Below are positions 19,753 through 30,033 of a stretch of 64,000 bases of DNA, in pieces. The notes beneath the pieces are model-generated. The model had not been told where the DNA came from, ran no database searches, and saw only the letters and a list, made by a program, of their open reading frames with translations. The position numbers and the translations under genes were made by a program. This stretch comes from an uncultured candidatus Brocadiaceae bacterium (GTDB taxonomy: Bacteria > Planctomycetota > Brocadiia > SM23-32): assembly GCA_964572825.1 (NCBI GenBank), contig CAZNGS010000011.1, positions 8,557-72,556 of the forward strand, written 5' to 3'. The first letter of the stretch is position 1, and each line of letters begins with the position of its first letter.

Positions 19753-19892
19753 CCCCGCCGCCCACCATCTTGACTTGCCGCTGGAGCTGTGTTAGGATTC
19801 GCTGACGAGGGGTGACAGACGCGGGGGAAGGTTGAGCCGCATAAGCTATTGCGAACAGAGGAGTTATGGTCCTTTCCTCAGCGGGAGGTGGG

Positions 19893-20291
19893 ATGATGCA
19901 CATTGCGACCCAGTTGGCGGTTTTCCTGGAGAACCGTCCCGGCACGCTCGCCACCATGTGCGAAGCGCTGGCTGAGCACGGCATAAACCTGCTGGCTATT
20001 GCCTGCTCGGATACCGTTGACCACGCCGTCGTGCGCATCCTGGTGGACGATTCCAGGGAAGCTGCCCACGTGCTCGGCAACGCCGGCATGCTGGTGGTGG
20101 AGAACGACGTCCTGGTCGCGGAAGTGCCCAACGAGCCCGGTGCGCTGGGCGCGATGGCAAGGCAGTGCGCCGAGAACGGCATCAACATCGAGTACGCGTA
20201 CTGCACTGTCAGTGAAGACCAGCCAACCGGCGCCCTGGTGCTGCGCACCGAGGACCCGGAGCGCGCCTTGAAACTGCTCTCCTCCGGATAG
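19893..20291 (+). CDS. Tandem ACT-domain protein
   Basis: QLAVFLENRPGTLA, VPNEPGALG, GINIEYAY. Confidence 0.9.
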   Translation: MMHIATQLAVFLENRPGTLATMCEALAEHGINLLAIACSDTVDHAVVRILVDDSREAAHVLGNAGMLVVENDVLVAEVPNEPGALGAMARQCAENGINIEYAYCTVSEDQPTGALVLRTEDPERALKLLSSG

Positions 20292-20308
20292 GTCGGCGGC
20301 GGCTCTCC

Positions 20309-21067
20309 ATGAGGATACTGCTGACCAACGATGACGGTCCGTTCGCCGAGGGTCTGGCATCGCTTCGCGCCGTGCTGGAACGCTACGGACAGGTGGAGGT
20401 CGTCTGCCCGGAGGCCGAGCGCAGCGGCACGGGGCATTCGATCACCTACATGGTGCCCGTGCGCGCCCGCCGGGTGGCCCTGCCCGACGGCGAGCCGGCC
20501 ACCCTCCTGACGGGCACACCCGCCGACTGCGTGCGATTCGCCGTGCTGGAATTGCCGGGGGAAAGACCCGACCTGGTGGTGAGCGGCCCCAACCTGGGGC
20601 TGAACGCCGGGGTGGACCTCTTCTACAGCGGCACCGTGGCCGCCACCCTGGAGGGGGGCATCTGCGGGATAAAATCCATCGCCATCTCCGTCAGCCGGCA
20701 CGTTGCGGCCGAAAGGGGGGAGCTTCTGGCCCAGGCCGAAAGGGCGCTCCGGTTGCTGCTGGAGGAGGACTGCGAGGACGCCGTGGTCTGGAACGTGAAC
20801 ATACCGCGCCTGAACGGCCGGGAGCCGGAGATACGGTTCACCAGCCAGAGCAGCCGCTTTCCCAACGGTTCTTACGTGTGCAGCCATGATTCCCGCGCCA
20901 GGAGCCATTACTGGCTGGATACGGCCGCCCATCCGCCCCCCGCGCCGCCGGGCTCGGACGTGGAGGCCCTGGAGCAGGGGGCCATCTCCATCACCCCCCT
21001 CCGCCTGGAACTGACACATCGGGAAGCATTGGATCGGCTGACGAATGCGGCGCGATACTCTGTCTAA
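20309..21067 (+). CDS. surE: 5'/3'-nucleotidase SurE
   Basis: MRILLTNDDG, GTPADCV, SGPNLGLNAG, YSGTVAA. Confidence 0.95.
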   Translation: MRILLTNDDGPFAEGLASLRAVLERYGQVEVVCPEAERSGTGHSITYMVPVRARRVALPDGEPATLLTGTPADCVRFAVLELPGERPDLVVSGPNLGLNAGVDLFYSGTVAATLEGGICGIKSIAISVSRHVAAERGELLAQAERALRLLLEEDCEDAVVWNVNIPRLNGREPEIRFTSQSSRFPNGSYVCSHDSRARSHYWLDTAAHPPPAPPGSDVEALEQGAISITPLRLELTHREALDRLTNAARYSV

Positions 21068-21081
21068 GTTATGGTGAAACA

Positions 21082-21447
21082 ATGAAATACATAACACGCT
21101 TTCTCGTGGTGCTCGTGGTGATGGCAGCGGCGGTCGCCGTGAGCGGATGCTCCCGCGACAACTCGGAAACCGCAGGGGATAGCGCGGAGTCGGGGGCGAG
21201 CGAGCGTCAATCCCCGAGCTATCTGCGCACTGTGGCTGTCGATGCACCGCGGCACGCCCGGAAGGTCGTGGGAACTGCAACCCTCCAGCACGAGATCAAG
21301 CAATTCCACGCCGTGCATGGGCGCTATCCGAGTTCGCTGGATGAATTTGTGCAGGATCGCGGCACGGAGGTGCCCACCCCGCCGAAAGGCTACCGCTACG
21401 ACTATGACCCCCAGACGGGCAAACTGCAGCTTGTCGAAGTTCGCTGA
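21082..21447 (+). CDS. Small lipoprotein of unknown function
   Basis: Signal peptide with lipobox AVSGC; C-terminal GRYPSSLDE resembles pseudopilin globular domains. Confidence 0.7.
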   Translation: MKYITRFLVVLVVMAAAVAVSGCSRDNSETAGDSAESGASERQSPSYLRTVAVDAPRHARKVVGTATLQHEIKQFHAVHGRYPSSLDEFVQDRGTEVPTPPKGYRYDYDPQTGKLQLVEVR

Positions 21448-21486
21448 ACGTTTCCCCTCGTGAACCCTCAACCGAGGAAGCCAACC

Positions 21487-22422
21487 ATGCATTCGGAGGG
21501 CCCCATCGGCGTGGGAGCGGTCGGCCTGGTGCCGGGGCGGGAGCCCGGGCTTCTGGCCGAGATGCCCCGAGGAGAGTTGTTCCATCTGGCGGCGTACAGC
21601 GACGAAGGGACGGAAGGGCGCGCGGCGGACGAATCACCGGCCGCCCACTATCACGACTACAACATGCTGCTGCGCGACCCGACCGTGGAGCTGGTGCTGG
21701 TGGGCGGTCCGGTGGAGATGCGACGGGACTTCGCCGTCCGCGCCCTGAACGCCGGCCGGCACGTCGCGCTCCAGGCCCCCTTCTGCGAGACCGCACTGGA
21801 CGCCGAGCGCGTGATGAAGACCGCGTTCCGGGAAGGACTGGTCGCCACGATGGAGATGAGCTGGCGCGATGATCCAGACCTCACTGCTCTGCGCGCGGCG
21901 CTGAAGGCGGAAAACGTGGGAGCGGTGCATTCGCTGCATGCCCTGTGGTGCCCTCCGGATACGGAGCAAAAGCCCACCGGCCTCCTGGAAACGGTCGCGT
22001 TTTCCCTGCTGGATCAGATCAACCTGCTCGCCGGCCGCGACGCGCGGGACGTCAGCGCTTATCCGCTTCGTCCGGCGCCGGGACGGCCGGACGTCGGCTT
22101 CTCCCTGGTCCTGCCACTGCGAGAAGAAGGCTGTGCGGTGGCACAGGCCGGGCAGCATGCGGACGAGACACTGCCCCGCTGGATCGTCCGGACCAGGGGC
22201 ACGACCATCGTGGCGGCCCAGGGGCGGGCCGTCGTGCTCGCCGATGGTCAGCGGCGGGTCTACCAGGCCCCCCGGCGGGCGGACGACTTCTGGACGAACC
22301 TGCACGCTGCCGTACGCAGCGGCGCCGGGCTGAAATGCAACCCCCGTGACATCGTGCGGGCCATGAAGCTGCACGAAGCTGCCCTGGAGTCCGCCGGCCA
22401 GGGCGAGCCCGTGCCCGTCTGA
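21487..22422 (+). CDS. Divergent Gfo/Idh/MocA family oxidoreductase
   Basis: YNMLLRDPTVELVLV, ALNAGRHVALQAP (degenerate EKP motif); GAGGAAG RBS. Confidence 0.65.
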   Translation: MHSEGPIGVGAVGLVPGREPGLLAEMPRGELFHLAAYSDEGTEGRAADESPAAHYHDYNMLLRDPTVELVLVGGPVEMRRDFAVRALNAGRHVALQAPFCETALDAERVMKTAFREGLVATMEMSWRDDPDLTALRAALKAENVGAVHSLHALWCPPDTEQKPTGLLETVAFSLLDQINLLAGRDARDVSAYPLRPAPGRPDVGFSLVLPLREEGCAVAQAGQHADETLPRWIVRTRGTTIVAAQGRAVVLADGQRRVYQAPRRADDFWTNLHAAVRSGAGLKCNPRDIVRAMKLHEAALESAGQGEPVPV

Positions 22423-22614
22423 GGGAACCGCCCGAGGTCTTCCCGGCTTATTTTCCTCCGCGTCTTCCCGCGCCCTCCGCACAACCCCGTCAGCGCCCTG
22501 GAGGCTGAGAGGGCGGTCTTTTGCCATCTCAGCCTCCGCCAGCCCTGCGGGCCTTGCGCCCCTGCTGCCGGCGATTGATTTTCGCCGCCGCCGATCACTA
22601 CCATCGCCGGTGAA

Positions 22615-22630
22615 CGTTTCACGTGAAACA
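22615..22630. promoter_or_regulatory. parS site upstream of parB
   Basis: CGTTTCACGTGAAACA, 15/16 match to consensus TGTTTCACGTGAAACA. Confidence 0.85.
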
Positions 22631-22643
22631 CGGGAGGCAGAAC

Positions 22644-23525
22644 GTGGCTGAAAGAAGGAGACTCGGGCGGGGGCTGGACGCCCTCATTCCCGCGCCGGAG
22701 GAGGATGAATCGTCTGCCGGAGGCGTGATGGAAGTTCCCCTCAAGAAGATCGAGCTCAACCCGGAGCAACCCCGCGCGGAGGTGGACCCGGATAAGCTCC
22801 AGGAGCTGGCGGATTCCATCCGCTCTTCGGGAGTGATCCAGCCCGTGCTGGTGCGCCCCGCGGGGGAGATGTTCGAACTCGTGGTGGGTGAACGGCGCAT
22901 TCGCGCCGCACGCGTCGCCGGGCTGGAGAGCGTGCCGGCCATCGTCCGCGACGTCCCGGACGAGAAGATGCTGGAGCTCGCCCTCATTGAAAACATCCAG
23001 CGCTCCGACCTCAACCCCATCGAGAAGGCCCGCGCCATACGCCGCATGATCTCGGAGCTCGACCTTACCCAGGAGGAGGCCGGCCGGCGGCTGGGCCTCA
23101 ATCGCTCCACCATAGCCAACACGCTCCGGCTCCTGGACCTCTCGGACGACCTGCAGCAGATGGTTGCACGTGGAACGCTGACCTCAGGCCACGCCAGGGC
23201 CGTGCTCTCGCTCGAAGACGAACAAGACCGCCAGAGGCTGGCGCAGCAGGTGATGCAGAAGGGCCTCTCGGTGCGGGAGGCCGAGCGGCTGGCCTCCCGC
23301 GGCGGGCGGGCGCACAAAGCCGTGAAGGTCCACCAGCCATCACCGAACGTCTCCCGCCTGGAGGAAGACCTGTCGGAGGCCCTGGGAACACGCGTGCGCA
23401 TCAAGCCGCAGAAGAACGGCGGCAAGATCGTCATCCGGTTCCGCAATCACGACGACTTCGAAAGGCTCTACGAGCTGCTGACCCGGAAGCCCCCGATCGA
23501 CTACCCCGCCCGGATACCTGCCTGA
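22644..23525 (+). CDS. parB: Chromosome partition protein ParB
   Basis: LGRGLDALI, NPEQPR, VGERRIRAA, ALIENIQRSDLNPIE, HTH; GTG start after GGGAGG. Confidence 0.95.
   Translation: MAERRRLGRGLDALIPAPEEDESSAGGVMEVPLKKIELNPEQPRAEVDPDKLQELADSIRSSGVIQPVLVRPAGEMFELVVGERRIRAARVAGLESVPAIVRDVPDEKMLELALIENIQRSDLNPIEKARAIRRMISELDLTQEEAGRRLGLNRSTIANTLRLLDLSDDLQQMVARGTLTSGHARAVLSLEDEQDRQRLAQQVMQKGLSVREAERLASRGGRAHKAVKVHQPSPNVSRLEEDLSEALGTRVRIKPQKNGGKIVIRFRNHDDFERLYELLTRKPPIDYPARIPA
23162..23177. promoter_or_regulatory. Degenerate parS-like site inside parB
   Basis: GGTTGCACGTGGAACG resembles the parS palindrome. Confidence 0.45.
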
Positions 23526-23666
23526 GCGGCACTCTCCTCACACGGGCCCGGCCGGTGGAGCAACGCTCTCCCGGTCGGGCCCCTTTACATCGCCCGCTCT
23601 GCCATTACTCTATGTCTCCCGCAATGTCGTCAGCCAGACTTCCTTGAGCGAGGGGGGGAAGTCGCC

Positions 23667-23957
23667 ATGGTCACTGCCGTCGTGCTCATCAATGCGCGCA
23701 GGGACATGATCAGCGAGACCGCCCAGGAGCTGGTCAAGCTCAGCGGTGTCTCCGAGGTTTACTCCGTGGCCGGCCCCTACGACCTGGTGGCCATCATCCG
23801 CGCCCGCGACAACGAGGAGATGGCCCATATCGTCACCGGTTCCATGCTGCGGATGGTCGGCATCGAAAAGACCACAACCCTGGTCGCATTCCGCGCATAC
23901 AGCCGCCACGACCTGGAGCGCATGTTCGCCCTCGGCATGGAAGAGGAAGACGTGTAA
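23667..23957 (+). CDS. Lrp/AsnC ligand-binding-domain protein
   Basis: MVTAVVLINA, VSEVYSVAGPYDLVAII, TTTLVAFRAYS. Confidence 0.88.
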   Translation: MVTAVVLINARRDMISETAQELVKLSGVSEVYSVAGPYDLVAIIRARDNEEMAHIVTGSMLRMVGIEKTTTLVAFRAYSRHDLERMFALGMEEEDV

Positions 23958-24293
23958 GGGCGCCGTGGCCGGCCGGTGATCCGGCTCCTGCAGATTCCGC
24001 CGGATTTCGGCTTGAAAGCCCCCACCTCTTGAGGCGGAATGCGTGAAAAGCTGGAATTTGCCGTCCCGGCTCGAAACGTACCATCGGGGCCGGTTCCGTA
24101 AATGCTGGCTGGAAAAGCATATACGCGGTTTTCGGTCCCTGCCCGGCGCCTCCCCACGTTCACTCTGCGGTTTGCCGTGCCGCAACAGCGAGATTGCCGT
24201 CGGGATGCGACACCCCCCACCCGAGGGGTGCGCACAACGCAGCCATCGGGTTTCGCAGCCGCCCGCAGTAGATCCGGGTTTTGAGATGGTTTC

Positions 24294-26537
24294 TTACTCC
24301 TCCCGGGCCAGACGCTCCCGGATCTGCTGCGCCGTCATGTCCTCGGCGCCCTCATCGGAGACGATGAGCGCCGTCTGCTCCATCACCACGACCACCTGCT
24401 CCCCCAGGGCAAGGTAGGCGGCCAGCTCCGGCCGGGCCTCCAGCAGGTTGAAGTAGGCATCGCTGCCCCATTTGATCTTGAGCTCTTCCAGATCTTCCTC
24501 GTACTCCGTGTCCACGAACGCGCTGCCGAGCCGGACGAAGGTCTTCCCGCCCACGCGCCGCATAGTCGTCGCCTGCGGGGCGGCACCGGCGGCGTCGGCC
24601 TGTTTCCAGTCCCTCAGGCGCACGCTCAGGTCCACTGCTTCGGCCTTCGACTCGGCCGGCTGGGTCCAGAAGTCCTTGCCGGGGTAATTGAACAGTCGGT
24701 CGGCAGGCGCTTCCGCCGGCCTCGCCTCGTCGCGCCCGGTTCCTGCCGTGCTTAACCGGGCCATCGTACGGAACGCCTCCTCTGTCATCAGCCCATGACG
24801 CCGGTAGGCCTCCTCGTCCTCCAGCACCAGGTAACTGGTGTAGGGCGTGGGAATCCCGAACTTCCGGCTCAGGCGCACCACCTCGTCTTCCAGCTCCTTC
24901 GAATCGCCGTGCAGTCGCATCTGGTCCAGCAGGTAGCCGATCTTCCGCTGCGCCCAGAGCTGGGGCAGGAACCCGTTGTCCTGGCTGACCTTGGGGAAAG
25001 TTGCGTCGTAGGTAAACTTCTTTTCCTCGCCCATCGTGCCCCGCAGCCCGACCGCCACGTTGCCGTGGCCCGAGTAGCGGCCGAACGCCACCACCTGGCC
25101 GCCCCGGAACAGGTCGGGCAGTTCGGGCGGATACACGTCGCTCACCTGGACCTCGCCGAAATCCAGCTCCAGGTTGGCCAGCACGGGGTGGCTGACCTTG
25201 CGGAAGAAGCTGCTGATCTTCAACTCGACCTCGCGCCCGGGGGCGACGTATTCCCGGTAGCCCCGGGTGACCTCCGCGATGCGGTCCAGAAGCCGGACGT
25301 TCAGGTCTTCCGCAATCCCGAAGGTGAAGACCCGGACGTTGCGCCGGTTGGCGTCCTCCACGGCGGCGATGATCTCCTCCGGCTCGGTGATACCCACCGT
25401 GGGCTCCCCGTCCGTGGCGAGGATCACCATGTACGGCCGATCTCCCTCCGGGGCCATCTCCAGCGCCTTCAATGTCGCCGCGCAGAGGGCCGTCCCTCCC
25501 TGCGCCTCCAGCCCGTCCACGTACTCCACGGCCTTTCGCACCCCTGCCGGGGTGGCGTCCTGGAGACCGTCGCCGTAAACCTCGACCGCTGTGCTGAAAG
25601 TCGCAAGTGCGAACCGATCCTTGGGGTTGAGCGCCTGCAGGCAGAACTTCACCGCCTCCCTGGCGCTGGCTATCCGATCCTGCTGATTCATGCTGCCGCT
25701 GACGTCGATCACCAGGCACACGTCCTTCGGCATCACCTCCCGGTCGGATATCTCCACCCGGGGTGCGATCATCAGGGCGAAGTAGCCCTTCTCCCCCTCC
25801 GGTCGGTGGGTCAGCAGGTTCAACCCGAAATCCTTCTTGCCCACGGCATAGAAGAGCTGGAAGTCCCGGTCCAGCTTTGCCCCCACCTCCTCGAACCCGG
25901 CCACGGCGTGGTGGTCGTCCTTGCGGCTGATGCCCAACTGGTGGCTGGGCGAATAGACGCTCTTGATGGGCTGGCGACTGGATATCTCCACCGTCACCGT
26001 CATGTCCTTCAGCACCTTCGACGCCTTATGCCCCGTGCGCATGGGGAAAGTGTACTCGTAGACACCGCTGTCGAATGGTAGCTCGTGCGTATAGCTCACC
26101 TCTACCTTCACCGGGCTACGTGGTTCGACCGGAAACACCCTCATCTTCAGCAGACCGCAGTCCATGAACTCCAGCAGTCCGGGGTCGCGCATCCGGCGCA
26201 CGATGTCCCGGTAGATGCGCCGGGCCTTCTCGGCCTCCACGATCTGGCCGCTCTGACGTTTGCCGTCGATGAACATGGCGAAGTCCGTGAGGGCGGCGTC
26301 CCGCGGGATGGGGAAGACGAATGTCGCCTCCAGGCGGCGGGCGGTGTTGTTGCGGAAGACCTCCTCCACGTGGGTAGTCGCCACGCTGCCCTCCACGGTC
26401 GCCCGCACGCGGTGATGCTCGATGGCCAGCGGCGGCAGGTCCTCCCTCTCCGGCACCAGTATTCCCGTCGCCCCCGCGGCGCGGGCCAACATAGCGGCTC
26501 CGATCAGCGCCAACCATACGACTCGTTTCGCCTTCAT
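24294..26537 (-). CDS. Secreted VIT + vWA domain protein
   Basis: Signal peptide; VIT domain (EEVFRN...EATFVFPIP, RDPGLLE); MIDAS DVSGSM, GGT, TDGEPT. Confidence 0.9.
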   Translation of the reverse strand: MKAKRVVWLALIGAAMLARAAGATGILVPEREDLPPLAIEHHRVRATVEGSVATTHVEEVFRNNTARRLEATFVFPIPRDAALTDFAMFIDGKRQSGQIVEAEKARRIYRDIVRRMRDPGLLEFMDCGLLKMRVFPVEPRSPVKVEVSYTHELPFDSGVYEYTFPMRTGHKASKVLKDMTVTVEISSRQPIKSVYSPSHQLGISRKDDHHAVAGFEEVGAKLDRDFQLFYAVGKKDFGLNLLTHRPEGEKGYFALMIAPRVEISDREVMPKDVCLVIDVSGSMNQQDRIASAREAVKFCLQALNPKDRFALATFSTAVEVYGDGLQDATPAGVRKAVEYVDGLEAQGGTALCAATLKALEMAPEGDRPYMVILATDGEPTVGITEPEEIIAAVEDANRRNVRVFTFGIAEDLNVRLLDRIAEVTRGYREYVAPGREVELKISSFFRKVSHPVLANLELDFGEVQVSDVYPPELPDLFRGGQVVAFGRYSGHGNVAVGLRGTMGEEKKFTYDATFPKVSQDNGFLPQLWAQRKIGYLLDQMRLHGDSKELEDEVVRLSRKFGIPTPYTSYLVLEDEEAYRRHGLMTEEAFRTMARLSTAGTGRDEARPAEAPADRLFNYPGKDFWTQPAESKAEAVDLSVRLRDWKQADAAGAAPQATTMRRVGGKTFVRLGSAFVDTEYEEDLEELKIKWGSDAYFNLLEARPELAAYLALGEQVVVVMEQTALIVSDEGAEDMTAQQIRERLAREE

Positions 26538-26672
26538 CGTAGGCCTCCTCGCCTGTGTCCCCGACTCAATCGACCCGAACCGTTAGACGCAGCGGGCGCC
26601 CAAAAGTTCGCCGCGCACCGATAATGTATTCCTCCTCCACCCGACGATGCCAGTTCGCTGCCCTCAATCGGA

Positions 26673-26966
26673 GTGGCTCTGGCCGGGCTGCTAGCGGTTT
26701 CGGTCTGGCGTAGCCCGGCGGCGCTGAATCCCCTCCTCGTGCTCGGCAGCATCCTGCGGGTGCCGGTCCAATACCTGGGCGCGTTCGCGGTGCTGGTGGC
26801 GGCGCACCTACTGCAGGGCCTCATCAGGGAGTACCTGCCCCAGACCATGCTGATCGGATCCCTTGCCACCATCCTGGTGTGGCTGTATTTCGTGATGGTG
26901 GAGTGCCGCATGGTGGGTCTGGTCCACTGGACGAACCCCGACAGATTCGGCCGGGTGACCGCCTGA
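26673..26966 (+). pseudogene. Probable C-terminal remnant of a membrane protein
   Basis: Hydrophobic 97-aa ORF (ALNPLLVLGSILRVP...VECRMVGLVHWTN) with no convincing start or RBS. Confidence 0.4.
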
Positions 26967-27096
26967 AGGAGCGGCGGGCCGGAAAGAACCGGGGCCCGGA
27001 GGCGGCTGTTTGCCCAACTCCCACGAACCTGGTACCATCGGGCATGCCGGCCTTTGAAGCAGAAAACGCGAAAGACACCTCGAGGAGGGAACCATT

Positions 27097-28101
27097 ATGC
27101 GCAGGACACTTGCCGCGGCGCTGGCTTTCGTGATCTTGACCGGGCCTGCGTGCGCCCAACCTACGCAGAAGCAGATCGCCGAACGGCTCGGCTCGCTGGC
27201 CGAGAAATACTCCGTCGAAGTAGACAAAAAGGGCAACGTCATCCGGTTCGGCGCCTCCAACCACGGCATCTACCGGGAAGAAGGTGAAGAGCCGGCGCCG
27301 GGCATCGACGACCGGGCGTTCCGTGCCATCCTCCAGTTCCCCAAACTCCGGGGCATCTTCCTGGAGCGGCAGCCCCTGACCGACAGGGGATACGCCCTGC
27401 TGGCCGAATGCCCCGAGCTGGTGGACGTGCGGCTCCACGACGCGCTCGGGGCCGGCGCCGTCGAGGACGAGAAAGAGCCCCATGCCACGGCGGACTTCGC
27501 CCTTGTGGTCAATGAGATGAAGAAGCCCCTGCGCGTGCTGGAGCTAAAGCATCTGTTCAAAGTCAAGGGCACCTGTATCGATAAGGTGAAGCCCCAGCCC
27601 GACCTGCGCAAGCTGGAGCTGGACAACGAGTTCGCCGGGCCGAAGGCCGTCGAGTTCATCCGGCACTGCACGAAGCTGGAGAACCTGCAGCTTCACCGCA
27701 CCACCATGACGGACGCTCAGCTCGCCTGCGCGATCGAGCCGCTGAAACATTTGCAGGTGCTGGAGGTCCGTCCCGTGGGCCGGGGCCCGGACCAGATCAC
27801 CGGCCGCGCCCTGCGCCACCTGCACGGCCACCCCGCACTCGTCTCCATGCACATGAGCCTCCGGTGGGGCGAGGTGCCCTACGAGGGCGGCCTGGAGCAC
27901 CTGGCGAGCATTCCCACGCTGAAGCACATCAAGGCGTATCCCAATCAGCCCGAGCTCACTCCCGAGAGCCCCCAGATACAGAAGCTGCACCAGGCCCGGC
28001 CGGACATCACCATCGAGCTGGGCAAGGCCGGCGTCATCGAGGGCACCGCCGGCGTGGACGTCCACCGCGACCAGGACTACCGGTGGGGCATCTGCCGGTA
28101 G
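27097..28101 (+). CDS. Secreted leucine-rich-repeat-like protein
   Basis: GAGGAGG RBS, signal peptide, repeated L..L.L units (KLRGIFL, LRKLELD, KLENLQL, HLQVLEV). Confidence 0.75.
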   Translation: MRRTLAAALAFVILTGPACAQPTQKQIAERLGSLAEKYSVEVDKKGNVIRFGASNHGIYREEGEEPAPGIDDRAFRAILQFPKLRGIFLERQPLTDRGYALLAECPELVDVRLHDALGAGAVEDEKEPHATADFALVVNEMKKPLRVLELKHLFKVKGTCIDKVKPQPDLRKLELDNEFAGPKAVEFIRHCTKLENLQLHRTTMTDAQLACAIEPLKHLQVLEVRPVGRGPDQITGRALRHLHGHPALVSMHMSLRWGEVPYEGGLEHLASIPTLKHIKAYPNQPELTPESPQIQKLHQARPDITIELGKAGVIEGTAGVDVHRDQDYRWGICR

Positions 28102-28189
28102 GCCGGGGAAAGCGGGGCGGCTACCGTCCAGGTGGATCGGGCCGGGCAGCCCGGCTGTGTCCACGCCTGAATGCCAGCAATACGGTCTG

Positions 28190-29242
28190 TCAGCGGTGCG
28201 TCCATGCCTGCCTCTCCTCGGACGGCTCATCTTTCGTCGGCCCCGGTCTCTCCCCGGCCGGCAGGTCAACGACGACGGCGCGGTGGTCCGACAGCCAGGT
28301 GCTCACCAGTCTGCACCTTTCGGGCCTCAGGTCGGGACTGAGCCAGACCTGGTCGGTGGCGATCAGAGGCACCGGAACGGGCCACGTGACGTGGTAGCCC
28401 CGGCCGGCTTCTTCGAAGGCGTTGACCAGGCGGTCGCGCAGGGCAAACCCCACCAGCCTTCCGTCCTGGAACAGAACCGAATCGGGCGGCGTGTTGAAGT
28501 CGCCCATCACCACCAGGCCATCAATGGGTTGGGACTCCAGCAACCCGCCCAGTGCCGCCAGGGGCGCCTGTCGGCGCACGACCAGGCTGCTGGCTATGTC
28601 CACCAGGACGATGCGGAGCCCCCGGCCGGCAGCGTTCACCTCGAACAAGCCGACATCTATGCCGGGGGCCGGGGAGCGGAAGCAGTCCTGCCGTATCTCC
28701 CCCCTGCACAGCAGCGCCATGTCGTGGCGCGGTCCGGCGGCCGAATAGCCGGGAAACTCCCGCCGCCACAATTCCACCGGGTCCCTCTCGTCGGCGTCGG
28801 CCTCGACCAGCCCCACCACGTCCGCGTCCATCGAGCGTATGGTGCGGGCGATGTGCGACCAGCCCATGTCGCCGTCGGCGACGTTCCAGAAAAGAATCCG
28901 CACACCTCCCTCCGGCACGGCCTCGCCGCCCCGGACGTGGGTCGTAGCGTGCCACCAGACGAACAGGCAAAACGCCAGCACGCCGCAGGCCATCGTTCGC
29001 CGAGGCTTTCGGCGTCCCAGCCAGCACGCACCGGCCAGGAGGGCGAGAATTGCCCCTGCGGCCGGCGGCGTCCCGTAGTAGAGCATGTCCAGCACCGGAA
29101 GGCGGTCGCGGACCGTCAATCGCACGCAGATGCCCCCGAAACACAACAGCAACAGGGCGAAGGGCAGCGCACGGCTCAGGCCCCGAGCGGTCCTTCTGAG
29201 GGGGGTCTGTTCGCTTTCGCAGGGCGGTTCACTCGCATTCAA
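28190..29242 (-). CDS. Membrane-anchored endonuclease/exonuclease/phosphatase family protein
   Basis: N-terminal TMs, WNV, DVVGLVE, MGDFNTP, DQVW, SDHRAV; start uncertain. Confidence 0.85.
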   Translation of the reverse strand: MNASEPPCESEQTPLRRTARGLSRALPFALLLLCFGGICVRLTVRDRLPVLDMLYYGTPPAAGAILALLAGACWLGRRKPRRTMACGVLAFCLFVWWHATTHVRGGEAVPEGGVRILFWNVADGDMGWSHIARTIRSMDADVVGLVEADADERDPVELWRREFPGYSAAGPRHDMALLCRGEIRQDCFRSPAPGIDVGLFEVNAAGRGLRIVLVDIASSLVVRRQAPLAALGGLLESQPIDGLVVMGDFNTPPDSVLFQDGRLVGFALRDRLVNAFEEAGRGYHVTWPVPVPLIATDQVWLSPDLRPERCRLVSTWLSDHRAVVVDLPAGERPGPTKDEPSEERQAWTHR

Positions 29243-29300
29243 CGGGCGGCAGGTCCTCGAAATCGGGGATGTCCACGAGGTAACAGTGGAAGTCGGGGCC

Positions 29301-30017
29301 TTACTCGCCGCCGAACTTCGCTCGGGCGTCCTCGACGATCTCCTCGGTATGGCCCGTTCCGATGCGGGTCACGCCGATTTTCCGCACCCGCAGCACGGCC
29401 TCCAGGTAGCCCACCCCGCCGGCAGCCTTCACCTGCACCTCGGGGTCGGAGTGCTCGCGCATGAGCCGCAGGTCGTGGTCGGTGGCGCCCTGGTAGGAGT
29501 ATTTACCGTCCTCGCCCTTGACGAAGTTGTAGCCGGTAGAGGTCTTCACGAAGTCCACCCTCACCCGGCTGCATATCTCGCACAGCTCGATCTTGTAGCG
29601 GTCCTCCGGCAGCCGGTCGTTCTCGAAGATGACTTTCAGCACCACCTCGTGCTCGCCGGTAACCTCACGAAGGGCCGCCACTTCGGCCTCCACGCACCCC
29701 CAGTCCTCGCCCAGGACCTTGCCGATGTTGACCACCATATCGACTTCCTCCGCGCCGTCCTCGATAACGCGCCGGGCCTCGGCGAGCTTGATGTCGGTGG
29801 GGCTGTTGCCGTGGGGGAAGCCTGCCACCGTTCCCACCAGGACGTCGGAGCCCTCCAGGCACTCCTTTGCCAGTGGCACCGCGTAAGGCTTGTCGGTGAC
29901 GGCGGCCGCGTGGCAGCGATGGGCCACCTCGCACCCCTCCCGCAGTCCCCGGTCCGTCATGCCGGGACGGAACAGTGAATGGTTGATCATCTTCGCGATC
30001 TGTCGCACCATGTCCAT
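29301..30017 (-). CDS. deoC: Deoxyribose-phosphate aldolase
   Basis: GFPHG, GAEEVDMVVNIG, LKVIFE, DFVKTSTG, VKAAGG, RIGT. Confidence 0.92.
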   Translation of the reverse strand: MDMVRQIAKMINHSLFRPGMTDRGLREGCEVAHRCHAAAVTDKPYAVPLAKECLEGSDVLVGTVAGFPHGNSPTDIKLAEARRVIEDGAEEVDMVVNIGKVLGEDWGCVEAEVAALREVTGEHEVVLKVIFENDRLPEDRYKIELCEICSRVRVDFVKTSTGYNFVKGEDGKYSYQGATDHDLRLMREHSDPEVQVKAAGGVGYLEAVLRVRKIGVTRIGTGHTEEIVEDARAKFGGE

Positions 30018-30033
30018 GGTCAGTCTCCTGGGT

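Noticed and set aside
23958-24293. Intergenic stretch ending in GGGTTTTGAGATGGTTTCT, resembling an IS or MITE end
   Set aside because: No matching opposite end or target duplication found, so not called
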